This document shows positions 37,784 to 50,520 of a stretch of 64,000 nucleotides of DNA, piece after piece. Within the stretch, counting starts at the first letter, position 1. Each line of letters starts with the position of its first letter. The stretch comes from Eledone cirrhosa. Lineage: Eukaryota. The notes beneath the pieces are model-generated. The model did not search any database, was not told where the DNA came from, and saw only the letters and a program-made list of their open reading frames with translations. The stretch lies in NCBI GenBank assembly GCA_964016885.1, contig OZ024747.1:88288001-88352000 (forward strand), in the 5' to 3' direction. The position numbers and the translations under genes are program-made.

Positions 37784-37903
37784 GCATACATACACATATA
37801 TACATGCACACACATACATGCCCACACATAATACAGGGTTAGATACATTCCAACGTACATACATATACACATACATGCGCAACAGATATGTGTGTGTATA
37901 TAT

Positions 37904-37957
<54 letters not shown>
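37630..37957. repeat. Compound (CATA)n/(CA)n/(TA)n microsatellite
   Basis: Directly visible. Confidence 0.95.
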
Positions 37958-37962
<5 letters not shown>

Positions 37963-38897
37963 GTGGTGCAGTTGAATGTAGCCTTGTGTAGCGATGGAAT
38001 GAATTGGTTTGTGTTTGTTGTTGTTCATTTGAGCGTGGCAGAAGTTGTACAGTAGTAGTTTGTGTTGTTGGCTTGATGGGTGATTATAATGAAGGTTTGA
38101 ATTGCCTCATATATATAAGCACTGTGGAGAAAATGGCGACGAATGAACAAGTAAAAAATAGCCAGCTACGAAGCTATCAATGTAATGAAAACAAGGCTGA
38201 AGATGTGATATATGCGTGTGTGCAATGATTGAAAATATGGTATTTACGATTTCTGTAATGAGATGATGATCATTTGTCTGAGAGAGAGAGAGACCGACAG
38301 GGTCTGTGTGACTGGACTACATCTTAACTGCTTGCAATCCTCTCTACAACTACCCTGTTGACCCCGATAGTTGCTATTTATCAGAATCGCTCATTCTATC
38401 TCCGGAAGTTGAAAATAGACACTAAAACTGATTACAATAGAAACTTATCTATGAGGCCACACAAGGTCAAGCTTTTGGTGGCCGGTTGATAGACCAAATA
38501 AGACCCTATTGAAGAGAGTATCTACCGATCTATCTATCTATCTAGTCAAGATTCAACATAAACGAAGATGGATGAGTTTCATAACGTCGAGTGCTTTGTC
38601 TTATATTATGGTTGACTATATGGAATGACCAGTTCTATCTAGTGGTGAACCAACAAATCTAAATATCTATCTATATATATGAACACACATATATATATAT
38701 CTGTGTTTGTCTCTCTTTACTGTGTTATTAGGCTCGGAAATCTTTTCCTTGATCTAATTTGATTATAAGGGACTTTTAGTAGCTGTACGTTCTATTTGAC
38801 CCGCCTGGCACGCGATAACAATGTGGTTTGTCTCTTTTAACACATGTGTGAATTTTAGTCTTCTAAGTAATTTAGTAGTGAAGGGGTTACCGGTTTG

Positions 38898-38978
38898 GAC
38901 ATCCATTGATAAGCATCGAACCAATAGGTCTCTTCACTGAATTGCGAAACAGTTCTACCCTAAAACTGTCTAGATGTT
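38898..38978 (+). ncRNA. Type I hammerhead motif, U3-A8 variant
   Basis: GACATCCA-TTGATAA-GCA...TGC-GAAA-CAGTT..AACTG-TC-TAGATGTT. It lies between direct repeats at 38681-38727 and 39098-39137. Confidence 0.72.
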
Positions 38979-39774
38979 GATAGTTATCATAGTCAGTTTG
39001 TGTATCTTGATTCATCATTTTAATTGAGTTCTGTGAACCGTATTATCTTTAGTCAGTATTTTCTTCACCTTGGTGGTTTGTGTGTCCCTTATGATTTGAA
39101 CACATATATATGTGTTCGTTTCTCTTTACTGTGTTATATATATATATATATACATAATATATATATATATGTATATATATTTGTGTGTATGTGTGTGTGT
39201 GCGTGTGCGTGTGTGTGCGTATGCGTGTGTGTACGTTTGTATGTATAAATGAAAGAGAGTATGTGAATGAGAGAACTGCAATTAAATGGAAACGACTTGG
39301 GAATATTTGCGATATAAATTTATTCAAGCTATAGTTATAACTTGTTTTTTTTTATATCTATTTTCATCAATTAAAAGTACATTTTGTTAACTAAAAGTGC
39401 AAGTGAATTATTTTAGTTTTTGATTTTTGAAGTGATCAAATGTTTTTTTAATAATACTATTTTCCGTACGAAAATCTATTCATTAACTGTTTCAGCAGGG
39501 AGCATTTTCTACCAGTAGTCATTTATTTAAGTAATTGAAAATTCCAGTGTCTTGTTTATAAACGCATAAAATTCCAGTATTTAGATAATAGATATAAAAA
39601 TGTTAATGTCTTGATAAAAAATGCATGATGAGGTGAGCCTTGATCAGGGTATCGGAGTGGTGCAGAGGAGGGTTGGGTGCAGAGAAAGGAAGACCAAGTA
39701 CCATAAAATTTTCTATCTGTCGCCCTAATGATTCTACCAATTTGTTGCCTATCTTGTCTTCTGTACTGGTCAGG

Positions 39775-40130
39775 ATGGACGCTGTATAGTCGTATGGTTA
39801 AAAAGTTCGCTTCGCAATTATTAGGTCTTTGATTTGACCTTACTTTCTGGCATCTTGGGTGTCATTTACCATAGCCCAAGGTCGACTTATGCCTTATGAA
39901 GGAAATTAGGTAGTTGGAAGAAACTGTTTGGAAGCCCGTCGGATGGACTGGCCCTGTAATTTAAAGGCCCAGCTTTGTTACATACTGTGACAAGCTGAAT
40001 CTCCTTGAGAATTGCATTAAAGGTACACGTGTCTGTGGAATACGCAGCTACTTATATGTTAATTTCATGAGCAGGCCGTTTCGTTCATTGAACAACTAGA
40101 ACATTCATCGTTGAAACCAAGAGAGATCCA
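39775..40130 (+). mobile_element. tRNA-derived SINE (family C tail), degenerate
   Basis: tRNA-like head plus GTCTGTGGAATA..CAGCTACTT.TATGTTAATTTCA tail shared with 45008-45330. Confidence 0.7.
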
Positions 40131-40899
40131 TTCCAACTTGTCAGGTAAATGTAAGTAATATTAGAGATGGAATAAGATGATGTTAAATGTATATTTAGTT
40201 AAATTTATAATCCTTGCTGCATTAAACATGCTACTACTAACTTGACTAAGTTATTTCAAATTTGCTTTTAACATTGCAATCGAAATATAATCAAATATAT
40301 TCTAGACATTCAAAATCTGAAGTGCTCCTTCGCTATTTTTTAATGTATCCATTTTATGTCCATAAAGCAATGCAGAAATCATTCTCATATGTGTAGTTAA
40401 GAAATGGTATTGCGAAGAATATAACTTTTTTCCTTACATATTACACTCTCACCATAATCGACAACAATATCAGTATTTTATTCGATAGAAAAATTGTTGG
40501 GTCTGAAGAGTACTTCTAATTCAAGAAAATATATTGAATATATGAAACCAATACGTTTCTAGTTCTCAAGTTCTCTTCTAAAATTCGCTGCATTTTTATA
40601 GATTCATTTAAATATTTGCTCTCTTTCTCTTTTTCTCCACACACACACACGTACGTACGCGCGTGCACACACACTATGTCAGCTATTAAAAAACATCGTT
40701 TTGTAAACACAATGATATAAGAAATAAAAATGTCCTTTGAATTTACACATTTAAAAAGCAGTTTGTGAACTGTTATCTTACAACTACGTGTCACTGACCT
40801 GGCTCCCGGACACTAGAAAAACTGTAAGTTTAAACTGATTAGTGAACAAATCTACAGCGTTGTTTATCAGAAAAGTTTATTAATACCCTAACCTTGGAT

Positions 40900-41165
40900 T
40901 TTACTGCAACAGTGTGAGTGTGTGTCCGTGAAATATATACATATACACCAGGTCATAACACAAAGGACCCAAACTCCCATTGTCACTGCCTCCATCTCTC
41001 TTGCTCTCCCCATCTCTCACTATTATGAGCAAATGGGGGCCCACACGTTGGCCATCCCGTGGCCTCGGCGGACAGAATAAAGAAGGCATTTCCCCGGAGG
41101 ATGGTGAGGGAGACGGGCTGGAAGAGATATTTCAGTTCTCGAGGCTCACACCTGCGAGTAGTCAA
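40900..41165 (-). mobile_element. CRE-clade LINE 3' end
   Basis: RCEPRELKYLFQPVSLTILRGNAFFILS plus the family UTR. Confidence 0.82.
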
Positions 41166-41199
41166 ATCAATTGTAACAAATTCAACAGACGATTTGAGC

Positions 41200-41373
41200 T
41201 GATCTCCAATTGTATCCCACCCACTTTGGGGTGGGTGAGGATGTCTTCTCTAGTGAAAATGGGTATAGCTTTCATTATATAAACTCTTCCCATTTTGCCT
41301 CATTTTTCCTCGTTTTGGGGCATTTTTTTTTCATGGTACTCCCCGTTTGGGCTTTTAGAGGTTGGCAAGTTTG
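41200..41373. mobile_element. Second copy of the 33432-33815 MITE, lacking the SINE
   Basis: The reverse complement aligns to both halves of the first copy with no insertion. Confidence 0.8.
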
Positions 41374-41604
41374 AAATAGTCCAGGATTAATTACATGGTT
41401 TCGTTTATATATCTTTACTCCGTTTGACTCTTATTCGAAATATCACCTAGCTCGAATATACTATTCCCTTCTTGTGGTCGATGGAAATAAATAAAACGTG
41501 TCATGTTGTGGAGTTCATTCGTTCAAACATAAATATCCATTAAATTTACCATCCTAGTGTCTAGCCTATACACACACACACACACACACATATATAAATA
41601 TAAT

Positions 41605-41740
41605 AAAGGAGGTGTGGTAAGATACTAGGTGGACCATAACGCACCAGAGTTCTCGATAATTAGGGTAGTAGAGTGGGTAATAGGAAAATAATCAGGACCC
41701 CGACGGCTGACCTCCGACCGTTTCGACAGCTAGATCCGAA
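41605..41740 (-). mobile_element. Diverged, non-fold-back member of the half-hammerhead family
   Basis: AAGGAGGTGTGGTAAG...GGTGGACCATAACGCACC...GACCCCGACGGCTGACCTCCGACCGTTTCGAC. Confidence 0.75.
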
Positions 41741-42121
41741 CGCGGGGGATGGGGTGTTGCCAACAATATAACAACAACAGTAATAACAACTAAAGTAAGG
41801 ACAGTAAGAAAAATGATAGTAAAATGAATATAAATTATTGGCGAATGGTAATCGAAAATGAAAAGAAACCGTTGGTGGAATAAAGCTTCAACCATTAAAG
41901 AAAAAGATAGACACCCCGCCTCATGATATGTCAAGAAGAAAAATGATGTGAAAGCAAGTCAAAGAAATTTTATATTAAACGAAAATACAATTAATTGAAA
42001 ACTCTTGCCCTAGAGAAACTTTCTCAAACATGTAGCTAGATATAAAATACGCTATCTGTCTTGCTCTGATAGAGTGATAGGTAGCGGATAGCAAGATACC
42101 AGGTAAAATGAATTGAAACTA

Positions 42122-42200
42122 CAGGGTGTCCTCCCAAAATATATACACACTTCAACAGCATTCTAATAAAAGTATGTATACATTTTTTGGGGCCACCCTG
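42122..42200. mobile_element. 79-bp Tc1/mariner-type MITE
   Basis: TA-CAGGGTGTCC...GGCCACCCTG-TA. Confidence 0.8.
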
Positions 42201-42896
42201 TATTTGCTTATGTCCCTTAACGTACTGAGTTCAAATTTAATTGAAGCTAACTTGGTTTTTAATCTTTCTAAAATCGATAAAATAAGTACTAGCAAAATAC
42301 TGGGGTAAATTTAAATGTTTGTTCTCATTCCTATAATGTGTAGCCTTGCACTAATGTCAGAGATCAGTATTTAATACAGATGGTAACAGATGGAACTCAT
42401 GGAAGTTATCCAGTCATCTTGATCGTGGTCTACCCCTGGGTCTTCTGCCGGTTGGCTTTGCCCTTAAAATCTGTCCATGGATTCTTTCATTAGATATTCT
42501 AACCACATGTCCGTAGTATCAGAGCTGTGATCTCTAAATTCGGATAAGGAGCGGCTCTACTTAAAGAGACTCATTGAGCTCCGAGGTGCACACCGTATGG
42601 AGAAACATCACTTCAAAGACCGGAGGAACCCCATTTCGGCTGCTTGTATTCGCGATCGTTTTCTTTCGGTCATTACCCAACATTCACGACCATAGGTAGG
42701 GGTAGGCATGTAATTCTTCAATGTTGATACAATTAACGGATGGGGATCTTAATTTATTAACTACCTACTAAACATTTGAAGATTTTGTGCCTACCCTAAC
42801 AATGAATGACAGCCCGTAGTCAGCCTCTAATTATGCTGCTTCACATCGGAAATTTCTTGGATGTTTTAATGGTAACGGCTCTTGTCCTATAATTTA

Positions 42897-43117
42897 GTGA
42901 TTTCTACTATAGGCACAATGCCAGCAATTTGGTGGAGAAGGGAAAGTCGATTAAATCGATCCCAGTGCGTGACTGGTACTTTATTTTATCGACCCCGTAA
43001 GGATGAAAGGCAAAGCTAACCTCGACGGCGTTTGAACTCAGAACGTAAAGGGCCGTAACTCTATGCTACGAAGCATAGTATCCGACGCTTTACCGATACT
43101 GCCAGTCCACCGCCCCA
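42897..43117 (-). mobile_element. SINE family A with GCTCTTGTCCTATAAT target duplication
   Basis: Full-length match; the flanking 16-mer is repeated at ~42878 and ~43118. Confidence 0.9.
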
Positions 43118-44321
43118 GCTCTTGTCCTATAATCTAATAACCGAACATGGCACAAAATACACTTTTAAAGGAACAATCCCAAGAGTTTGTCTTTGCCTTT
43201 CATCATCAGTGTTAATAAAATACGTACTAGTAAAGTACTGAAGTCGAATTCAGCGATTGCGCTCATTTTCCCAAGTTACATTCTAAAGAATATGATAAAA
43301 TAAGTACCAGTCATATGCACGAGTAGATGAATCATTTGAAAATATAATTTTGTTTACAAATTTTACGTCCTAACACCACAAGTTGGAATGGATATTTGAT
43401 AAATCTGTGGGGAACATAGTAAGAATCAAATTAATGTGCGCCGAAAGTAATTTTAGATCTATGGTTGAAAAATTGTATATGTGCCGTAATTGCATTTGGG
43501 AAATACATTAAAGATGCAATAGTTTTTATATATTTTTCCTCTAAATATTTCTGTCAGGATGCTTGAGGCACTAAACATACTAATTGCATCTTTTACTCTC
43601 CGTGTTGTTTGTTTGTCTGTCTGTATCTCTCATTCTCTTAGTCCCTTTCTCCCGTTCTCTGTCTATTTGCACGTCGGTAAGTAATTGATCTGTCCAATTG
43701 TCACTGAGCTCAATTTCATCTTTCTAGTAACAATAAAGTATCAGTAATATACTTGGGTTAACTGAATTAAAACGTTTCCTTAACGTTTCCTTAGATAATG
43801 TCGTCTATGTTTATAACAAATATTGGATGGTTATTAGTTGAGCGTCACTGAATATAGATACGCTCGATCATGGTTGATTTAGTTTAGTAGGTATTTATAA
43901 ACCAATTACTTATTGATAATATCAACCAAAATCAAGAGTGTGACAGAAGTAGTCTCCAATAAGAATTATTTCTTTGATGAAGTAAGTATCAAAGGTACGT
44001 TTGTGATTATTAAATGTGTACATCTAAGATAACTTGTTTACAAAAGGCATGGATAAATCTATTTTAATAACTTTATCACTCGGATTAATTTGGTTTGGGT
44101 ATATATGCTCAGTTTTTCTTTAACTAATTTAGTTTAACTTTCTACTTGAAAACTTCAACCAAAAGAAATATCAAAATATCATAGTATGCATCAAAATGGA
44201 CGGTACACTTGAAAAACCAATATTAAACCAATATTAATAGAAGAACCAAAATTAGAATTTAAATTTTCGTTTTAACATAGCAGTTACATAAATGTAAATA
44301 TGGGTTATATCGAATAATAAT

Positions 44322-44741
44322 AATTGTTTCTACTTTTGGCACAAGGCCTGTAATTACCTCGGGTTCAAATCCCGCCGAGGTTAACTTTGCCTTTCATCCT
44401 TATAATAATAATAATAATAACAACAAGAATAATAATAATAATAATAATAAATGTTTCTACTTTTTGGCACAAGGTCAGCAATTATCCCAATGCATTACTG
44501 GTACTTTATTTTATCGACATTATAAGGATGAAAGGCAAAGTTAACCTCAGTGGGATTTGAACTCAGACCGTAAAGGGGCGTAACTCTATGCTACAAAGCT
44601 TGGCGTCCGACCCTCTACCGATAATAATAATAATAATTGTTTCTACTATTGGCACAAAGCCAGCAATTATCCCAGTGTATTACTGGTACTTTATTTTATT
44701 GACCCCGTAAGGTTGAATGGCAAAGTTAACCTCGGCGGGAT
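44322..44741. mobile_element. Cluster of SINE family A fragments with (AAT)n
   Basis: Three minus-strand tails and one plus-strand core piece, nested in the 44240-44985 repeat. Confidence 0.85.
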
Positions 44742-45007
44742 GCAAGCAAACGGTCTCACTATGCTGTGTTTTGATGACTATCGTCATCTGTTTGTTCAAC
44801 AGTAGCATCGAGGAACAATCAACAAGTTTCTGGATCATTTCCCTTCATCATGACTGTATACCTCTCTCCTACTCCATTGAACTGTTGTAAATATATAGTA
44901 AAAAGCAAAGCATAGCATAGTGAGGCCGTTTGCTTGCAAACGGATCTAATATTATCATTTTTATTCGATATAACCCATATTTATAATCGAAGAACTTGTG
45001 AACTATG

Positions 45008-45330
45008 AAGGTGGGTGGCTTTGTGGTTAGGGTATTCGGTTAACAATAAAAAAGCAGTGAGTTCGATTCCCGGCGACACGTTGTGTCCATGAGCAAGACA
45101 CCTTATTTCACATCGCTCCAGTCTACTCAGCTGACAAAAATGAGCTGTACCTTTAATTTGAAGAGTCAGCCTTGTCACATTCCGTATCACACCGAATCTT
45201 CCTGAGCACTACGTTAAGCGTATGCATGCCTGTGGAATGCTCAGCTACTTGTATGTTAATATCACGAGGAAGCTGTTCCGTTCATTGTATTAATTGGAAC
45301 ACTCGTCGTCGTAACTGATGGAGTGCCAGT
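45008..45330 (+). mobile_element. tRNA-derived SINE (B head, C tail)
   Basis: GTGGCTTTGTGGTTAGGG, GAGTTCGATTCCC, TGTGTCCATGAGCAAGACACCTT; a further copy lies at 45812-46100. Confidence 0.8.
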
Positions 45331-46814
45331 TTTATCTGTGAACTGGATAAAACGTTCTGTATTAAAAACTAAATATGTGTGAATGTACCAAATGAAGAAC
45401 TGCACCAAATAAAAACAATATGAAACAATTGGTAAAGATTTACTTTTTTACGTGGTCAAATGGTGAAAATTTCCTTACAAAAGTAGGTTTGAGATATTTA
45501 TTTCTAGAGTATATATTTCATTGGTGATAACAGTAGGTATTTACAATTTCTCCCGGGATGTTTTCGCGAATTATTTCATAGATACTACAATAAAGTTTAA
45601 CGGATTTATAGTGGTTGTCCAAATTAATGAATCGTATACACTGAAGCGATAGAAAGTTATTGAGGTGAATCAAATCCCATATCCAAGGAATGCACAATTG
45701 CAGAAGTGATTTTATACATATTTCCAGGAGTATATGCGGCATAAATGACATTCAAGTAAATACTTTCTATGATTTTTCTAATGCTGGTGCAGATCAATAT
45801 AATTTTATTATGTGGACGCAGCGTAGCCGAATAATTAAGAAGCTCGCTTCGCAATCATAAGATTCTGGGTTCGATCTCACTGCATAGCATCTTGGGCAAG
45901 TCTCATTTTCCATAGGCCTTGTGAGTGAAATTGGTAGACAGGAAGTATTTGGAAACTCGTCGGATTGGCCGTATGTCACACATTTATGCTAAATATCAAC
46001 TAGAATTACATTATGTTTGTGAAATGCTCAGCCACTTACACGTTAATTTCACCAGCAGGCTTGCTCTGTTGACTAAACAATTGGAACGATCATCGTTGAA
46101 ACTAATAGTTTCTGATTTAGGCACAGGGCCAACAATTTTAGGGGAAGGTAAAGTCGATTAAATCGACTGCAGTGAATTTGAAACAAATGACATTGTATTT
46201 GTATATTTAAATTAATGACATTGTGTATATTGTAAACTAATGACATTGCGTTTTTATATTTAAATTAATCACATTGCGTTTTTATATTTAAATAAAAAAA
46301 AAAAGTATAATGTAAGCATTTAATGAGTTTAATGTGTTCTTAAAATATTCATATTATGTGTTATATTTTTTTTATGTGAGGCTACTGGGATTCGTCATCC
46401 ATTTAAGCTCGAAAACGGACGGAACATTCGATAATGTAGTTCTAGATACACTACAGATAAATAAAAGGAGGAATGAACACGATTGAAGCGTATCTAATTA
46501 TAGGTTTGCTCGACCAAAGATGATTTAGGTTGAAACAAGAAAACGACAACAACAACAGGAACACTAGTGCTAACACAACCAGCAAACACTAAAAATGATA
46601 ATGAATACATTATTATTATCACTATCATTTCCAACGAGACAAACTGATTTTGTCGAGGAACCTTTAGACGTTTTCCCGAAAATCTAGACTTCTATTTTAT
46701 GGACAATCTTTACCACTCTAATTTTATTTAGACTTTAAACAAAACAAAAACTGTTATAGAGAGAGGATTTATTCACATGAAATAAGAGCGCAATTAAAAA
46801 AAAAAAAAATTTCA

Positions 46815-46950
46815 TTAACCACTATAGGTGCTGAGCTGGCCAGCCGCAGGTGTGAGCCTCGCGAGTTCGAATGGCTTTTCCAGCGCGTCCCCCTTGCTGT
46901 CCTCCGGGGAAACGCCTTCTCCATTCTGTCCGCCGGAGTTGTGGGGGAGG
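46815..46950 (+). mobile_element. CRE-clade LINE fragment
   Basis: ELASRRCEPREFEWLFQRVPLAVLRGNAFSILS. Confidence 0.8.
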
Positions 46951-47602
46951 CCACCAATATGATTGACCGTCTTGTCATTTTATCAGTCAACTGTCGCCTA
47001 TCATATATCGTATTTCTTTTCATGTTTCTGCTAGCATACATTGACAGTTGTCTTTGATTTTTTTAACTCTTATAGTTGATTACTCCGCCAATCTATAAAT
47101 ACCTTATCGCATGGAAACTCAGAGTTCTTTTTCACGGAACCCTCTTTGCGAAACACTGCTCTATGCAATCAACTGCTCTGATTGTTCGTCTCTACCAAGA
47201 TATGCTCTTATGTTTGTAGCGATCTTGAAAACTTTGATAGAAGTCCAAAGTGTCGATCTTTTTCAAACGGGCTCGGATTTGATCAATTCTATTGGCTTTT
47301 GGAATGACTGGGAGAGTTTGTGTAATGTCTCCTTCTACTACTACCATCACTATAGAAGATATAGAAAGAGAGTGAGAGAGTGTGGTAAAGATATAGACAG
47401 AGGGTAAAAGCGTAAAATACAGAGAGAAACAGAAAGATAGATAGAGAGAGGTATTCTATTAGAGGATGTATTTTTTTGCTAGAAATTTGTTACATTTATT
47501 TTTTTGCTTTTTTGTTAATTTAGGCCTTTTTTTTTTACTATATGTAAACCTACTTTACGTTAATGATATATTGATGGTGCAGTAAACATATATCGATTCT
47601 AC

Positions 47603-47950
47603 AATATGGAGACTTCTGGTGCCTTTGGCCCTAGGGCCACCTTCCGACTCCCCACCATCGGTACAGAGTTGGCTACCCACAGGTATGATCCTCGTGAGCT
47701 GGAATGGCTCTTCCAGCGTGTCTACCTTACAATCCTCCGGGGAAACACCTTCTCTATTCTGTCCACTGGGACCGCGGGGTCACCAGCGCGTGGGTCCCCA
47801 TTTGCTCACAATAGTGGGAGATGGGGAGAGAGGCAGTGACAGTGGGAGTTTGGTTCCTTTGTGTTCAGACCTGGTGTATATGTATATGTTTCACAGACAC
47901 ACACTCACACTTTACGTTGTGCTGTAATTCGTCCGTATGGCCAATAAAAG
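47603..47950 (+). mobile_element. CRE-clade LINE 3' end
   Basis: VETSGAFGPRAT...PRELEWLFQRVYLTILRGNTFSILS, then UTR, AATAAA and an (ATT)n tail. Confidence 0.85.
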
Positions 47951-48169
47951 AAATTATTATTGTTGTTGTTCTTATTATTATTAATGCTGCTGTTGTTGTT
48001 GTGGTTGTTGCGTACATCTTATTTTGAAGAGCTGTTGATGGCACCTGCCATAATATATTTAAATACAAGCACGCGCCGAATGCCTAAATATCTGCTGTTC
48101 TAAATTTAGGGTTATTTCTATTTAGTTGAGTTGAAAATTGTTAATGTTATTGCTACCTGCAACTGTCAT

Positions 48170-48290
48170 TTCTGTTGTTGTTGTTGTAGTAGTGGTGGTG
48201 GTGGTGACGGTGGTGGTGGTGGTGGTGGTGACGGTGATGGTGGTAGTGGTGGCGACGGCGGTGGCGGCTGACGGTATGGCTGGTTGTTGT
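48170..48290. repeat. (GTG)n/(GTT)n trinucleotide repeat
   Basis: Directly visible; a similar tract lies at 48575-48645. Confidence 0.9.
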
Positions 48291-48667
48291 TTTACTTGCC
48301 AAAAGGGAAATCACAGCCATGGTAATAAATTGCTCTATTATATGAATCTTTATCGAAACGGAAAGCTGTGATGAAACAGAAGAGTGGAAGGTTTGATTTA
48401 TTGCTGACAATAGGTCTAATCCATAATCATGAGGTTCTTTGGATGTGGCTCTTCATGATGATGATGATGATGTTAGTGTTGATGTTTTGTCCTTGTTTTT
48501 GTTTTGTAGTAGTGGACTGTGAGGGGGAGTGCTGAAATTGTGACTACAACTGTAATTATGATAATGTTTATTATGATAGTAGTAGTAGTGATGGTGGTGA
48601 TGGTGGTGGTGGTGGTGGTTGCTGTTGTTGTGATGGTGGTCGGGTGGAGGTAATTATGGCAAAATTA

Positions 48668-49296
48668 TCTATATATATAAAACTGAGGATGTCTGTCTGA
48701 CTGTGTGTGTGTGTGTCTGTGAGTCTGAATCTCTAAAACTTGAGAAGTACCCAACCGATTTTTTTCAAACTTTACATGTGTATTACTTATGTTTCAGGGA
48801 GTGTTATGCACATAGATTCAACTTTTTGATCCCCTAGGGCCCGCATTAGGTGAAAAACTGCGTTTTTTTCAGCTTTTTAGTTTTTTTTGTGACGTTACAT
48901 CAGACCGATTTCCCTGAAATTATAAATATCTATTAGTCAGTCTCTTCTTCATACCGTGAGCAAATAAAATCCAACTTTTTTAGGTGAAAAACTTCATTTT
49001 TTCAGCTTTTTAGGGCTTTTTTGAGGCGTTACGTCTAGCCGATTTTCCCGAAATTTCAAGGCATATTATGCACATAAAAAAAATTAGTTTTCTTGATTCC
49101 CTAGGGCCCGCATTAGGTGAAAACCTGCATTTTTCCTGCTTCATCGAGGAAAATCTTAAAGATTATCCAGTCATCAGAGTATTCGGTTTATTTTCTTTAC
49201 ATATTGTCCAGGCATGCAGTTTTTCCGCGATTAGGTCTGTTGGTGGCCCGCGTTCTAAAATACCTTATCCCGTGCAACGCCGGGTACCACTGCTAG
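48668..49296 (+). mobile_element. Non-autonomous Helitron
   Basis: A|TCTATATATATAAAA 5' end, 3' hairpin CCCGTGCAACGCCGGG, CTAG|T end, and internal tandem duplications. Confidence 0.88.
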
Positions 49297-49507
49297 TATA
49301 CTATATATGTATCGTTTCTGGTGGTTTTGATGGTGATGGTGGTGCACCTGGCTATTTTGACAATTTAAGGGCGATGTTGGAGGTAGTAGTGGTGGGGTGG
49401 GAGAGGTTGTGCGGCCCAATGCAAATAACTATAATAATAGTAAGTGATCATTTAAAATAACAGTTGAGAAAATCCCCGATTTCCTCTATTGTTATTTATA
49501 GTGATTT

Positions 49508-49852
49508 ACTTGGATTGGCAGTATTGGTAGAGGGTCGGACACCATGCTTTGCAGCATAGAGTTACGGCCCTTTATGATCTGAGTTCAAATCCCACCGAGG
49601 TTAACTTTCCCTTTCATCCTTACGGGGTCGATAAAATAAAGTACCTGTAATACACTGGGTAATTGCTGGCCTTGTGCCAAAAGTAGAAACAATTATTATA
49701 GTTATTTGAATTGGGCCGCACATATTTCAAGGCGGTGGATTGACAGTATCGGTAGAAGATTGGACATCAGGCTTCGTGGCATAGAGTTACGTCCGTTTAC
49801 ATTCTGAGTTCAAATCCTGCCGATGTTAGCTCTGTCTTTCATCTTTACGGAA
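49508..49852 (+). mobile_element. Two SINE family A copies (second truncated)
   Basis: 49508-49695 is near full length; 49729-49852 has head and core only. Confidence 0.85.
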
Positions 49853-49980
49853 TTGCCAAATGAATTATTATAGTCCTTTGTGTTAGGAGGAACACATTTC
49901 AAATTTAATTAATGCTTAAGTCAACCGTTTATTTTTGGAGGGGCTTGTTTGCAGTCGATTTACTCCTAATATCTGATATA

Positions 49981-50520
49981 CAGGGTGAGCATAAAGCCTT
50001 TCCCTGATTATAAAGTACCATATCTAGGATACTATTTGAGATTTTACTTTTTCATTGTTTTAATTTATAAATTTCAAGTTTAAAGTTTTTCTGAGCATGT
50101 TTTACATTTTCTCTTCTACAGGAAGTAGTTGTAATTTTTGTGTAAAAGTTCTTCAAGGAATACATAGATAGTGGTGGAGTGTATTTCGATAACAACTGAA
50201 TAATAGAATGAACTCTATAGATAAAGAACACAACCACAAGGATATGGTCCGAACGTGGAAGAGCCGAACTCCCACTGTCATCGCCTCCATCTCTCTCGCC
50301 CTCCCCATCTCTCTGCATGGTGAGCAAATGGGGTCCCACGTGCTGGCCTTCCCACAGCCCCAGCAGACAGAATGGAGAAGGCGTTTCCCAGGAAGATGGT
50401 AAGGGAGATGCGCTGGAAGAGCCATTCCAACACACGAGACATCTATGAAATGGCATCTATGTTGTTTATGATGTACTTAATAAAGGTTTATAGTCAGGGA
50501 AATACTTTATGTTCACCCTG
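49981..50520. mobile_element. Tc1/mariner-type non-autonomous element containing a CRE fragment (50240-50430, minus)
   Basis: TA-CAGGGTGAGCATAAAGCCTTTCCCTGATTATAAA ... TTTATAGTCAGGGAAATACTTTATGTTCACCCTG-TA. Confidence 0.88.

Noticed and set aside
37960-38280. Possible Penelope GIY-YIG C-terminus (LIYMRQFKPSL on the minus strand)
   Set aside because: Only a few residues resemble the motif and the upstream frame gives no support.
48138-48410. Poly-Val / poly-His ORFs
   Set aside because: Trinucleotide (GTG)n repeat with no splice or homology support.
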